Shown here: positions 17,883-27,140 of the stretch, piece after piece
How positions within the stretch are numbered: position 1 is the stretch's first letter
Layout of the letters: each line of letters starts with the position of its first letter
NCBI GenBank assembly: GCA_937899865.1
Contig: CALBRH010000063.1
Span: 1,957-65,956 of the forward strand
Direction of reading: 5' to 3'
DNA from: an uncultured euryarchaeote
Lineage (GTDB): Archaea; Thermoplasmatota; Poseidoniia; Poseidoniales; Poseidoniaceae
Length of the DNA stretch: 64,000 bases
Position numbers and translations under genes: made by a program
Notes under the pieces: model-generated
What the model saw: only the letters and a program-made list of their open reading frames with translations
The model's database searches: none
Told to the model about the DNA's origin: nothing

Positions 17883-19064
17883 ATGAGCGACTACAACATT
17901 GCGATACTACCTGGCGACGGGACTGGGCGAGAAGTCGCTCTTGAGGCTCAAAAAATCCTTGAAACAATTGTTCAAAATACCAATATTGGATTTGAATTTA
18001 CTGAAATTCCATGCGGTGGTCAAAACTACAAAGAAACAGGAGAAGAATGGGCAGAAGGGTCATTTGAATTTTGTCGCGATGAGGCTGATGCAATATTCTT
18101 AGGGGCTATTGGACATCCTGGTTCATATTTGCCGAATGGCGATTTAGCTGGTGGCTCGGTAATCTTGGGATTAAGATCTGGTTTAGATTTGTATGCCAAT
18201 GTTAGACCAGTAAAACTCTTTGATGGAGTTATGCACAAAGTACATGGAAAGTTTAGACAAATTTGGCAGCCAAATATGGTTGATATGACTATTTTGCGAG
18301 AAAATACTGAAGGGCTTTACCATTCCCTTTTGAAGCGAGCATCTAACCGTGCCCAAGGATTGGATGAATATGTCATTCCAGAAGTAGAATTCCCTGATTT
18401 ACAAGGTGAAGTTGTTTATGACCCAAGACCTATCTCATCACATGGTACTGAACGATTGGTGAAAATGGGTTTTGAAATTTCAAAGACTAGAAACGGAGCA
18501 CCTTCAGACGGAGTAAGTCGAGTATCTTGTATTGACAAAAGTAATGTTACAAGAGGCTGTCAGTTATTTAGAAGAACATTTGACAAGGTAGCAGCAAACT
18601 ATCCTGACATCTCTACAGATTATGGCTATATCGATGCATTTACTCAATGGATAACTAGAACTCCAGAACATTATGATGTTGTAGTTACTTCAAACATGTT
18701 CGGCGATATTGCTACAGATTTGGCATCGGTACTTCAAGGTGGAATGGGGATGGCAGGTTCAGGAAATATAGGTGATAAACATGCATTTTTTGAGCCAGTT
18801 CATGGCTCTGCACCAAAGTATTCTGGAATGAATAAGGTAAATCCAATCGCTTCGGTAAATTCAATTCAGATGATGATGGACTGGCTAGGTAGGAAAAACA
18901 ATAATCAAGAAATAATCAATGTTGCATCAGCAATTGAGCGAAGTGTTTCTGAGCATCTAAAAGAAGGCAAGCATCTAACTTATGACTTAGGTGGCGACTC
19001 AACATGTAGCATGGTTGGCGATTTAATTTCGCAAAGGTTAGCAAATATTCTCAAAGAAAATTGA
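17883..19064 (+). CDS. Isocitrate/isopropylmalate/tartrate dehydrogenase family beta-decarboxylating dehydrogenase
   Basis: IAILPGDGTGRE, ILRENTEGLY and NMFGDIATDLASVLQGGMGMAGSGNIG blocks. Substrate cannot be told by eye. Confidence 0.8.
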   Translation: MSDYNIAILPGDGTGREVALEAQKILETIVQNTNIGFEFTEIPCGGQNYKETGEEWAEGSFEFCRDEADAIFLGAIGHPGSYLPNGDLAGGSVILGLRSGLDLYANVRPVKLFDGVMHKVHGKFRQIWQPNMVDMTILRENTEGLYHSLLKRASNRAQGLDEYVIPEVEFPDLQGEVVYDPRPISSHGTERLVKMGFEISKTRNGAPSDGVSRVSCIDKSNVTRGCQLFRRTFDKVAANYPDISTDYGYIDAFTQWITRTPEHYDVVVTSNMFGDIATDLASVLQGGMGMAGSGNIGDKHAFFEPVHGSAPKYSGMNKVNPIASVNSIQMMMDWLGRKNNNQEIINVASAIERSVSEHLKEGKHLTYDLGGDSTCSMVGDLISQRLANILKEN

Positions 19065-19322
19065 CTAAAATTTTCTTGGAACGCTAACAGCACTGGAGTT
19101 TTCTAAGTCGATATCATCTTCTTCATCGTCTTCTACTATAACTGTGATTTCTTCAGAATCAGATTGGCTTTTCTCAGCCTTAGCTTCCAGTTTTTGGATA
19201 TGTTGTTGTAGAAGTTCAAATTCAATTTCAAGATCTTCTATTTCGTCTCTAACAGATTCCATTTTAGTATGGATTCTTGAAGCAAGCTTCTTCAATTTAC
19301 GAATGACACGCTTCTCGGACAT
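19065..19322 (-). CDS. Small acidic coiled-coil protein (85 aa), hypothetical
   Basis: The ORF fills the gap exactly and has heptad-like E/L/K-rich sequence. No family recognised. Confidence 0.35.
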   Translation of the reverse strand: MSEKRVIRKLKKLASRIHTKMESVRDEIEDLEIEFELLQQHIQKLEAKAEKSQSDSEEITVIVEDDEEDDIDLENSSAVSVPRKF

Positions 19323-19361
19323 GAATCTCCCAACCGCTATCAGTTTTTGAATTAAGCCCCT

Positions 19362-19973
19362 CTAATTTTTTGTATTATAGTGAATTTTTTTGGCAAAAAT
19401 CGCTGCTATTGAAGAACCCAATATTGTTGCTGCAAAGTATATTGGTATGGAATTAAAACTACTTGATGCAACATTTGGACCCAATGTTCTTGCTGGGTTC
19501 ATTGAAGCACCAGTATATTCACCAAAATAAAATGCCAATAATGCAACCATGACTCCAACTACAACTGCAACAAATAGGTCGTTATCGGTATGCCAAATAG
19601 TGAGATAAATACTCAACATTAGGGCGAACGTAATGAAAATTTCAATAAATATTCCAAAACCAAGATTGGTTGAGAACTCAGTAGCACCATATTCTCCAAT
19701 CAACAGTCCCGCAATTAGAGCGCCTAAAAATTGTCCAGCAAGGTATGCTGGCAGTAATTTTCGTTCTAATTCTCCGGTTATTGCGAATGCGATAGATACA
19801 GCAGGATTGATATGAGCGCCACTATACTTTCTTGAAATTAGTATCACTAAGCAAACTGCTAAGCCAAATGCAAAAGATACAATTGGTGCGCTATATCCAT
19901 TCTTGATGGCAAGACAACCAATGAAAACCATCGAAAATGTTCCAACTAATTCTGAAACAAATTCTTTGCGCAT
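19362..19973 (-). CDS. Aquaporin/MIP-family channel
   Basis: Two NPA boxes (HINPAVS and SMNPART) and six hydrophobic segments. At 203 aa it is short for the family. Confidence 0.85.
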   Translation of the reverse strand: MRKEFVSELVGTFSMVFIGCLAIKNGYSAPIVSFAFGLAVCLVILISRKYSGAHINPAVSIAFAITGELERKLLPAYLAGQFLGALIAGLLIGEYGATEFSTNLGFGIFIEIFITFALMLSIYLTIWHTDNDLFVAVVVGVMVALLAFYFGEYTGASMNPARTLGPNVASSSFNSIPIYFAATILGSSIAAIFAKKIHYNTKN

Positions 19974-20061
19974 GGACTGTCGTAAAGAAACTAGTTATTT
20001 CATTTATCTAAATAGTGTTAATTATCATAATTGTGAATAAGTCATTCTACTTAGGATTACC

Positions 20062-21186
20062 ATGACGCGGGAGGTTAAGTTGATGGGAATCCCTCAACTG
20101 CTCCAGTTTAACACATTACTGATTTTAGCAACTTTGTTTTTGGCTATAGTTGGTAGTCAAATAATGTCTGCAAACCTTGGTGGAAGTAATATCATTTATT
20201 CAGTCATAATTTTATTGCTTGCATTAGGATTGTTGGTCGTATCTGCTGACTTCTTTATTGAGGGTGCAAAGGGTTTGGCAAGGAGAGGTGGTATACCAGA
20301 AGTTGTAATTGGTCTGACCATTGTGTCCATTGGTACATCTTTACCAGAAATATTGGTTACCTCCACTTCAGCCTTAAATGTAGAAAGTAATCCCGAAGTA
20401 GCAGATTTCGCAATTGGCGGAATATTGGGTTCAGTTTTAGTTCAAATAACTTTGATATTGGGTTTTGTCGCCCTTGTAAAAGGTCTCAAAATTCGACCAT
20501 CATGGCTTAACCGTGATGGTTTAATCATGATGTTATCTTTGCTTTTGATGACCTTTTTCTTAATCACTGATGAAGGTATAACAAGAATCGAAGGAATTAT
20601 TCTTTCAAGTTTGTACATTTTCTATATTGGTTGGTTACTTTACAATAGGAAGGAGATAATGGACCAGGAATCTAGTGGTGAAGCAGAATCAATCGAATTG
20701 AAGAGTCTTTCATGGTCTGGTGCTGCTTATTTCGTGATGGTTCTTATTGGCCTTGCATTGGCTGTTTTTGCCGCGCACCATCTTGTGGTTAATGCTAGTG
20801 ATTTAGCATATGAAATGAATATCCCTCATTCTATAATAGGTACAGTAGTATCAGGTCTTGGAACATCATTACCAGAATTAACAATTGCCTTTATGGCTGC
20901 AAAACGTTCTCAAGGTGTTGCGATTGGTACATTGATCGGCTCAAATATCACAGATCCTCTATTGTCTATTGGTGTCGCCTCTATCGTACATCCTCTATAC
21001 TTGACTGAAGCAGGTTCTGACATGATAATGTTGGTTATCTTGCCAGCCTCAATTATCAGTACAGCAGTTGCACTACTATTGATGCGAACCTCATATGAAT
21101 TTAGAAAATGGGAAGGAATCGCTTTGATTATGTTATATTTCATTTTCTTAGCAGTTTGTGAATACTTTAGGCGAGTCGGTTTCTAA
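20062..21186 (+). CDS. Ca2+/Na+ antiporter (CaCA/YrbG family)
   Basis: Two alpha-repeat signatures (GTSLPEILV and GTSLPELTI) in a 10-TM-like protein. Confidence 0.8.
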   Translation: MTREVKLMGIPQLLQFNTLLILATLFLAIVGSQIMSANLGGSNIIYSVIILLLALGLLVVSADFFIEGAKGLARRGGIPEVVIGLTIVSIGTSLPEILVTSTSALNVESNPEVADFAIGGILGSVLVQITLILGFVALVKGLKIRPSWLNRDGLIMMLSLLLMTFFLITDEGITRIEGIILSSLYIFYIGWLLYNRKEIMDQESSGEAESIELKSLSWSGAAYFVMVLIGLALAVFAAHHLVVNASDLAYEMNIPHSIIGTVVSGLGTSLPELTIAFMAAKRSQGVAIGTLIGSNITDPLLSIGVASIVHPLYLTEAGSDMIMLVILPASIISTAVALLLMRTSYEFRKWEGIALIMLYFIFLAVCEYFRRVGF

Positions 21187-21223
21187 ACCATGAAATCTTA
21201 ACCCCCAACCTTGTCGGAGCATC

Positions 21224-22372
21224 ATGGTCAACTTCAAACTTGATGAAATGCAAGAAGGTCTAAGAGACCTTGCCCGTGAATTTGCCCTTGATGAAATAAG
21301 GCCAAATGCAGAACACTGGGACGAAAATTCACAGTATCCTAAAGATGCGATATCGGCTGCTCATGATCTCGGAATTCTCAATTTACATATCCCGGAGCAA
21401 TATGGTGGAATGGGTTTAGGTTGTATTGAGGAAGTTTTGGTTAATGAAGAACTTGCTTGGGGCGACCCGGGTTTTGCAACAGCTGCATATGCTACGGCTT
21501 TGGCATGTGCTCCATTGATTACTGGTGCTACCGATGAACAAAAAGAAATCTGGTTGAGAAAAGTTGCTGAAGAAGGACAACTTGCCTCGTACGCGGTTAC
21601 TGAACCAGGAGCAGGTTCTGATGTTGCTGCTTGCAAGACCACTGCAGTATTAGACGGAGATGAATATGTCATTAATGGAGAAAAAATGTGGATTACTGGT
21701 GCTGGTTATTCAGATTTCTTTTTTGTATTAGCTAAAACTGATCCAGATGCAGGATATCGTGGAATGTCAGGATTTATTGTCGAAAAAGATGCTGAAGGAT
21801 TTTCCTTAGGGAAAAAAGAAACCAATATGGGTCAAAGATGTTCTGATACAAGGTCGATTGTCTTTGATAATGTTAGAGTCAACAAGGACCAATTAGTTGG
21901 CGAAAGTGAATCTGGTGGTTGGATGAATGCTATGAAAGCATTTGATTTGAGTCGACCTAATATTGCTGCGCATGCAACTGGTTTAGCTAGAGCATCTTAC
22001 GAGCATGCTTTACAATATTCTAATGAAAGAATGACCTTTGGTAAGCCATTACACAAGCATCAAGCAATCCAATTCATGCTGGCGGATATGAAGACGAAAA
22101 TTGAAGCCTCAAGAATGTTAACTTGGAAATCAGCATTTGAATCAGATCAGGGAATTAGAAATACAGAATCTGCGGCTCATGCAAAGCGTTTTGCTGCTGA
22201 CACTGCTATGGAAGTATCTACTGATGCAGTACAGATTTTCGGAGGCTATGGCTACTCTGAGGAATATCCAGTTGCAAGACTTATGAGAGGCGCTAAGGTA
22301 ATGCAAATTTACGAAGGTTCTTCTCAGGTTCAGCGTATGATTATTGGACGTGAAATAACTAGAGATTTCTAA
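21224..22372 (+). CDS. Acyl-CoA dehydrogenase
   Basis: ACAD blocks YAVTEPGAGSD, KMWITGAG, QIFGGYGY and IYEGSSQVQR. Confidence 0.9.
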   Translation: MVNFKLDEMQEGLRDLAREFALDEIRPNAEHWDENSQYPKDAISAAHDLGILNLHIPEQYGGMGLGCIEEVLVNEELAWGDPGFATAAYATALACAPLITGATDEQKEIWLRKVAEEGQLASYAVTEPGAGSDVAACKTTAVLDGDEYVINGEKMWITGAGYSDFFFVLAKTDPDAGYRGMSGFIVEKDAEGFSLGKKETNMGQRCSDTRSIVFDNVRVNKDQLVGESESGGWMNAMKAFDLSRPNIAAHATGLARASYEHALQYSNERMTFGKPLHKHQAIQFMLADMKTKIEASRMLTWKSAFESDQGIRNTESAAHAKRFAADTAMEVSTDAVQIFGGYGYSEEYPVARLMRGAKVMQIYEGSSQVQRMIIGREITRDF

Positions 22373-22396
22373 GAAATAAGGCCTTGAGGTGTTTTC

Positions 22397-22987
22397 TTGG
22401 CAAAATCAATACCAGCGATAATTCTCAGTGGTGGATTAAGTAAGCGCCTTGGAAAGCCTAAGGCTTTGGTTGAAGTCAATGGAACAACATTGTTAGAACA
22501 TGCGATAGATAAGTTGCATAATGTTGGTTGTAATCCAATTGTAGTTGTAGTGAATAAAGACTTACAATTTGAGGCACTGATGAGATCTAAAGGTGCGGTT
22601 ATAGTAGTAAATAAAAACCCAGAAAAAGGGCGCACTGGTAGTCTAAAAATAGGTTTAAACTCAATTTTATCCGAACTTGGAAGAATGCCAAAATCAGTAA
22701 TCATGTCGCCGATAGATAGACCAGGTTGGAAATCAGGACATATAACAAAATTACTAGAATCAAATGTATCTTCTTGTCTTTTACAAAATGGCAAGAAAGG
22801 TCATCCAGTACATTTAGTAAAGAGTGACTTACTTAATGTGATAAACGCTTCAGATGATACTCCACTGAGAGATTTAGTTGATTTTGATACGGTTGAAATT
22901 CATGATGGCTTGTTATCATTAAATATCGATACACCGGATGATCTCACAATTTTGTTAGATAATTCACAATTTTTTGATAAACTTTGA
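22397..22987 (+). CDS. MobA/MocA-like nucleotidyltransferase (molybdenum cofactor cytidylyl/guanylyl-transferase)
   Basis: N-terminal AIILSGGLSKRLGKPKAL motif, 196 aa, next to xdhC. TTG start. Confidence 0.7.
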   Translation: MAKSIPAIILSGGLSKRLGKPKALVEVNGTTLLEHAIDKLHNVGCNPIVVVVNKDLQFEALMRSKGAVIVVNKNPEKGRTGSLKIGLNSILSELGRMPKSVIMSPIDRPGWKSGHITKLLESNVSSCLLQNGKKGHPVHLVKSDLLNVINASDDTPLRDLVDFDTVEIHDGLLSLNIDTPDDLTILLDNSQFFDKL

Positions 22988-23025
22988 TACGCAAATAGTA
23001 TGTGTAAAGAGGATTAGCCCAAGAC

Positions 23026-23901
23026 ATGACGAAGCAGACGCTGGCTTGGGCATTAGACAAGTTAGCGCTTAGAAGAAGGGTGGTTATAGCTAGTGTAGTT
23101 GATACATCTGGCAGTGTGCCTGGAAAAGTTGGTGCACGCTTGGCAGTAGCAGAATCAAGTGATGGTTTTCATGGTACTATCGGTGGTGCAGGATTGGAGT
23201 TAAAGGTACTAAATCGATGCATGGAGATTCTAGAAAACCATTTTGAACCATTTGGCGAAGTTCAAACATTTGGTTTAAACAAAAGTGCGAAGGGCTATGA
23301 AGTACAACCTCTGGATTCATTGTGCGGGGGCCGAGTAACAGTGTCTATTGAATTAATCATTCCACCACCTCATGTTCTAATGATGGGGGGCGGTCATTGT
23401 GCAAATTCTCTAGCTAAGACCATTAATTCACTTAATTGGCATCATTCAGTTACTGATTCTAGGCAAGAATATTGTAATGCTGAAGTATTTCCTAAAGCAT
23501 CAGAATTAATCCATTCATCGGTAAGCGAATTTCTAAATAAAGAGAATCACGACTCAATCAATCGATTTTCTGATATTTTATTACTTGGTCACGATTGGTC
23601 TGAAGACCAACAAAGATTGTTAGGTTTGCTGAAGTTGTGCCAAAATAACAATTCAAAACTGGATGGGAAAATTTTTCCACGTATCGGAGTGATTGGTAGC
23701 CGTAGTAAATGGCAATCATTTTGTAAAGCAGCAATTAAAGATGGAATAAATAGCCAACTTTTGGAAGAAGTCATTTGTCCAATTGGAATCAATATCGGTG
23801 CTGAATCGCCTGAAGAAATCGCTATAGCTGTAACTGCTCAAATCCTTTCATTATCTAAAGGAGTAACCGTGAGTGACAAAAATTGGCGTGAATCATTGTA
23901 A
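23026..23901 (+). CDS. xdhC: XdhC/CoxI-family molybdoenzyme maturation factor
   Basis: N-terminal XdhC_CoxI-like region (ASVVDTSGSVPGKVGARLAV) and a C-terminal Rossmann-like region (LMMGGGHCANSLA...IGAESPEEIAIAV). Confidence 0.75.
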   Translation: MTKQTLAWALDKLALRRRVVIASVVDTSGSVPGKVGARLAVAESSDGFHGTIGGAGLELKVLNRCMEILENHFEPFGEVQTFGLNKSAKGYEVQPLDSLCGGRVTVSIELIIPPPHVLMMGGGHCANSLAKTINSLNWHHSVTDSRQEYCNAEVFPKASELIHSSVSEFLNKENHDSINRFSDILLLGHDWSEDQQRLLGLLKLCQNNNSKLDGKIFPRIGVIGSRSKWQSFCKAAIKDGINSQLLEEVICPIGINIGAESPEEIAIAVTAQILSLSKGVTVSDKNWRESL

Positions 23902-24441
23902 TTACTGAAAGACTTTATTTCTAAAATATTGTAATTCTTCGATTGATTCTATAATGTCATCCAGAGCTAAATGGGACAACTTCTTTGGATATTTGTCTAC
24001 TTCAGGATACCATCTTTTTGCTAATTCTTTGACTGTAGATACATCAATCATTCTGTAATGCAAATAATCGGCTACAAGTGGCATTTCTTTGTCTAAGAAT
24101 CTACGGTCGTTCCATACACTATTTCCACATAATGGTGCTGAGTTTGGATTAACCCATTCTTGCAAAAATTCAATTGTTTGTTGTTGTGCTTCTTCAATTG
24201 AAACTCCTACTGTTCTTATTCTATCTACTAATCCACTTTGATGATGATGAGTAGTATTCCATTCATCCATGCCTTCAATAAGCTCTTCAGATACTTTAAT
24301 TGCCAAATTTGGCCCTTGGGCAAGAATATTTAATTCACTATCTGTAATAATGGTCGCAATTTCAATTATGGATTCTTTTTCAATGTCTAGTCCAGTCATT
24401 TCCAAATCGATCCAAACCATGCGCTGTTCTCTGCCGTCCAT
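23902..24441 (-). CDS. orn: Oligoribonuclease (DEDDh 3'-5' exonuclease)
   Basis: WIDLEMTGL, the IIEIA and NSVWNDRRFL blocks, and the terminal H...D (SHLALDDIIESI). Confidence 0.85.
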   Translation of the reverse strand: MDGREQRMVWIDLEMTGLDIEKESIIEIATIITDSELNILAQGPNLAIKVSEELIEGMDEWNTTHHHQSGLVDRIRTVGVSIEEAQQQTIEFLQEWVNPNSAPLCGNSVWNDRRFLDKEMPLVADYLHYRMIDVSTVKELAKRWYPEVDKYPKKLSHLALDDIIESIEELQYFRNKVFQ

Positions 24442-24509
24442 GAGTGCCCCTGGCGAGATTTACATTTCAAAACGGCGGCGTGATATTGGATTTTTTGCTA
24501 ATTTACAAA

Positions 24510-25640
24510 TCAATCTATTCTAAATGAACAAACCTTTGGTTGTTTGAAAATTTTATGTCTAAATCGAGCAACTATGCTATATGCTATGTTTCTAATTGGT
24601 AAAGGTACAATCCAGCAGATAGGGTAAAAAATCCTATAGTGCCATTTCATGTAAAGTAGACATCTAATTGCTGCACTTGATTTCATGTACGGCTTACCGT
24701 TTCTAATCAAATAAACTGTATCTGCATCAATAAATTTTTGCGGCATGGATGCAATCACTCTTTTTGCATCTGCAGAATTATTTGGCCTGTATCCTAAATT
24801 CGCATTTTTGCTCATTCTCTTATCAACAAATGTAGCAAGCCTGTGGCATAGTCCACAGTCCCCATCTAGGAATAAAAAATCTCGATTTATATCTTCGCCT
24901 ATTCGCTCTGCAATTTCTATAGAATAAGTCCTTACTCTAACACCCTCAGAGTAATGGACCAATTCAGGAGTTAGACAATCTTTAATCCCTAATTCGAAAC
25001 TTTCAGTCAGAGAATTGTTGTCTAATTCTACTTCTGCAGTTTGGAAATCCCACTTTTTGTGATGTGTATACCCTCTCATGACCTTGCCTTTTTGTTCAGT
25101 GTACAGGCTATATCTTTCGAATAAGAACTCCTCTAAACTACCTTTCTTTGCTTGTTGAGAAACACCATTAATTCTCGTCACTCCTTGAATATTATACTTG
25201 CCATTTTGTCTTGAACTTTTCCAAGTCACAATGCTGTTATGCTTTTTTAGCGATCCTTTGGCATATCGGTATGGCAATCCATATGCTTTAGGAGCAAAAT
25301 TACAAGTAATGAAACTCTTTGCTTCGAGAGTAAGAAAAAATACTCCAGCAATACCATCTTTTTTGACATAAGTCCTAATATTGAATTCTGGGAAAGTTGA
25401 GACAAAGGGTGTGCTTACAAACCAAGTAGGTCTTACATTTTTCATCATAAATGGTACGACGCCAATGTATGCTTTTCCTTCAAAGGTATCAATTTCTAAA
25501 TCCTCTGGCACATGCGGGCGTAATTTTTCCAAATCTACTTCCCAATGCATGAATGTTAAATTCCGCCATTCTTGAGAAAGTGTATGCTTTCTTGATGGCA
25601 TTGGAAATGGGAGATGTTCTGTTACGAAATCTCCCTCCAT
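24510..25640 (-). CDS. Fusion protein with an N-terminal DUF2071 (YqjF-like) domain and a C-terminal DCC-family thiol-disulfide oxidoreductase (DUF393) domain
   Basis: N-terminus WRNLTFMHWEV...GKAYIGVVPFMMKNVRP. C-terminus FLFLDGDCGLCHRLATFVDKR. Confidence 0.6.
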   Translation of the reverse strand: MEGDFVTEHLPFPMPSRKHTLSQEWRNLTFMHWEVDLEKLRPHVPEDLEIDTFEGKAYIGVVPFMMKNVRPTWFVSTPFVSTFPEFNIRTYVKKDGIAGVFFLTLEAKSFITCNFAPKAYGLPYRYAKGSLKKHNSIVTWKSSRQNGKYNIQGVTRINGVSQQAKKGSLEEFLFERYSLYTEQKGKVMRGYTHHKKWDFQTAEVELDNNSLTESFELGIKDCLTPELVHYSEGVRVRTYSIEIAERIGEDINRDFLFLDGDCGLCHRLATFVDKRMSKNANLGYRPNNSADAKRVIASMPQKFIDADTVYLIRNGKPYMKSSAAIRCLLYMKWHYRIFYPICWIVPLPIRNIAYSIVARFRHKIFKQPKVCSFRID

Positions 25641-25743
25641 GGTTGATGCACTAATCTCTCTTGCTTCAATATAACCAATTCCTTTACGATATACTTGTTC
25701 ATTAGGTAGTTATATTGATTTAACAAAGGTATTACAGTAAATC

Positions 25744-27078
25744 ATGGCGGAGACGTTGGAGGCTGAGTTAATTGGGGAAGAATCCTCAACCAATTTGCTT
25801 GCTGGTTTACTAATTGCCTCATTACTAATCAGTGCCTTATTCCTAGTGATTGCTTATTCCCCAGAGGAAAAAACCACAATGAATGCTATTTCTTCAGATA
25901 CATCAAATGAATGGCGAGCATTTTCAGTTGTTGCTCCAATCGATACTGGAATCAATGTTTATCATGACCATTTTCGAACCAATGAAACATATCCTCAGTG
26001 GTTATTGGATGAACTTGGAGTAAACAAAGTCTGTGATTTAACTTTCAATGGAACATGGCAAGAAAGGTACGATGCTGACAAAGCAGATTGTTGGGATAAT
26101 TTGACTACCTCTGATATTGTTTATTTTCCTGGAACTAAAATTATTGGTACATCTCCTGATGGAGATGGCGGGATTCTAATTTTGGACGATCCTAACGATG
26201 GCCACGGGACTGCTGTAACTGGTTCAGTAATCGATGCTAATTCAGATGCGGTAATTTTCTTTGTCGAGGGCTTTTCTGATAGTGCTGTTTTGGCTGCTGC
26301 TAACCAACCTTTAGTAGATGTCATCTCAACTTCCTTTGGGGCAATTGGCTCGATTCCAGTTCCTGGAATTGAAGATGCTACCAAAGTAGCTGTGGTCGAG
26401 AAAAATAAATTGCATACAGGTGCTGCAGATAATTCACCATCTCCTGCGATACAAGATGCAACAGCAGGGCCTCCATGGTCAATAGGTATCGCAGGATATG
26501 CCGAAGAAGGAGACGACCAAAAAGAAATAATGTCGGGTTCCTATCCAGATATTTCAGCAGATTGGACTCAATATCTGCCTAATCATGATGATATCGATGG
26601 TTATCATGAAACCTCAGGGACCTCATTTGCTACTCCAAGAACAGCTGGAATTATTTCCTATGTTCTTGAGAGTTTACGTCATGAATTTTCAGACAACAGG
26701 TCAGGAGCATCACAGGAGCGTGGCGGAATGATGGTCGTTGGAGATAATTTTACTGTGTCAAATGCACAAATTAGAGAAGCGATTAATCTATCTGCATGGT
26801 ATCCTGATTTTGGTTGGGATCCAACTTCTGGAACAATGCCTATTTCACCTATCTTGCCATGTACACAGACCGGCTGGGGTTTTGTCAACTTATCTAACAT
26901 TGAACCAATTATTGCACACTTAAACCAATCACAAATATTCGATGACAGGCCATCAGATGTCGAAGCATGTATGTCTGCCAATCAAGAGATGCGAGAATCA
27001 TATTGGGGTGCATATCCTAGTGCTTCTTTTTCATCAAATATTATTTTCTCAAAAGAATATGTAACTTGGAGAGATTGA
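25744..27078 (+). CDS. Subtilisin-like serine protease (S8 family), N-terminally membrane-anchored
   Basis: Catalytic triad contexts IDTGINVYH (Asp), GHGTAVTGS (His) and SGTSFATPRTAG (Ser). N-terminal TM LLAGLLIASLLISALFLVIAY. Confidence 0.75.
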   Translation: MAETLEAELIGEESSTNLLAGLLIASLLISALFLVIAYSPEEKTTMNAISSDTSNEWRAFSVVAPIDTGINVYHDHFRTNETYPQWLLDELGVNKVCDLTFNGTWQERYDADKADCWDNLTTSDIVYFPGTKIIGTSPDGDGGILILDDPNDGHGTAVTGSVIDANSDAVIFFVEGFSDSAVLAAANQPLVDVISTSFGAIGSIPVPGIEDATKVAVVEKNKLHTGAADNSPSPAIQDATAGPPWSIGIAGYAEEGDDQKEIMSGSYPDISADWTQYLPNHDDIDGYHETSGTSFATPRTAGIISYVLESLRHEFSDNRSGASQERGGMMVVGDNFTVSNAQIREAINLSAWYPDFGWDPTSGTMPISPILPCTQTGWGFVNLSNIEPIIAHLNQSQIFDDRPSDVEACMSANQEMRESYWGAYPSASFSSNIIFSKEYVTWRD

Positions 27079-27140
27079 CACTTTTCAATTTGGTACTAAG
27101 AAACCAATTATTGATTAATCAGTGTTGACTGGAGTTATGT

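Noticed and set aside
19362-19973. Possible truncated/pseudogenised aquaporin, because it is only 203 aa
   Set aside because: Both NPA boxes and six hydrophobic segments are present and the ORF is uninterrupted. It is more likely a compact AqpM-like channel than a pseudogene.
22369-22794. 141-aa minus-strand ORF overlapping the mocA-like gene
   Set aside because: The plus-strand frame has the GG.S.R.G nucleotidyltransferase motif and fits the operon with xdhC. The minus-strand product has no motif and would overlap the acyl-CoA dehydrogenase stop.
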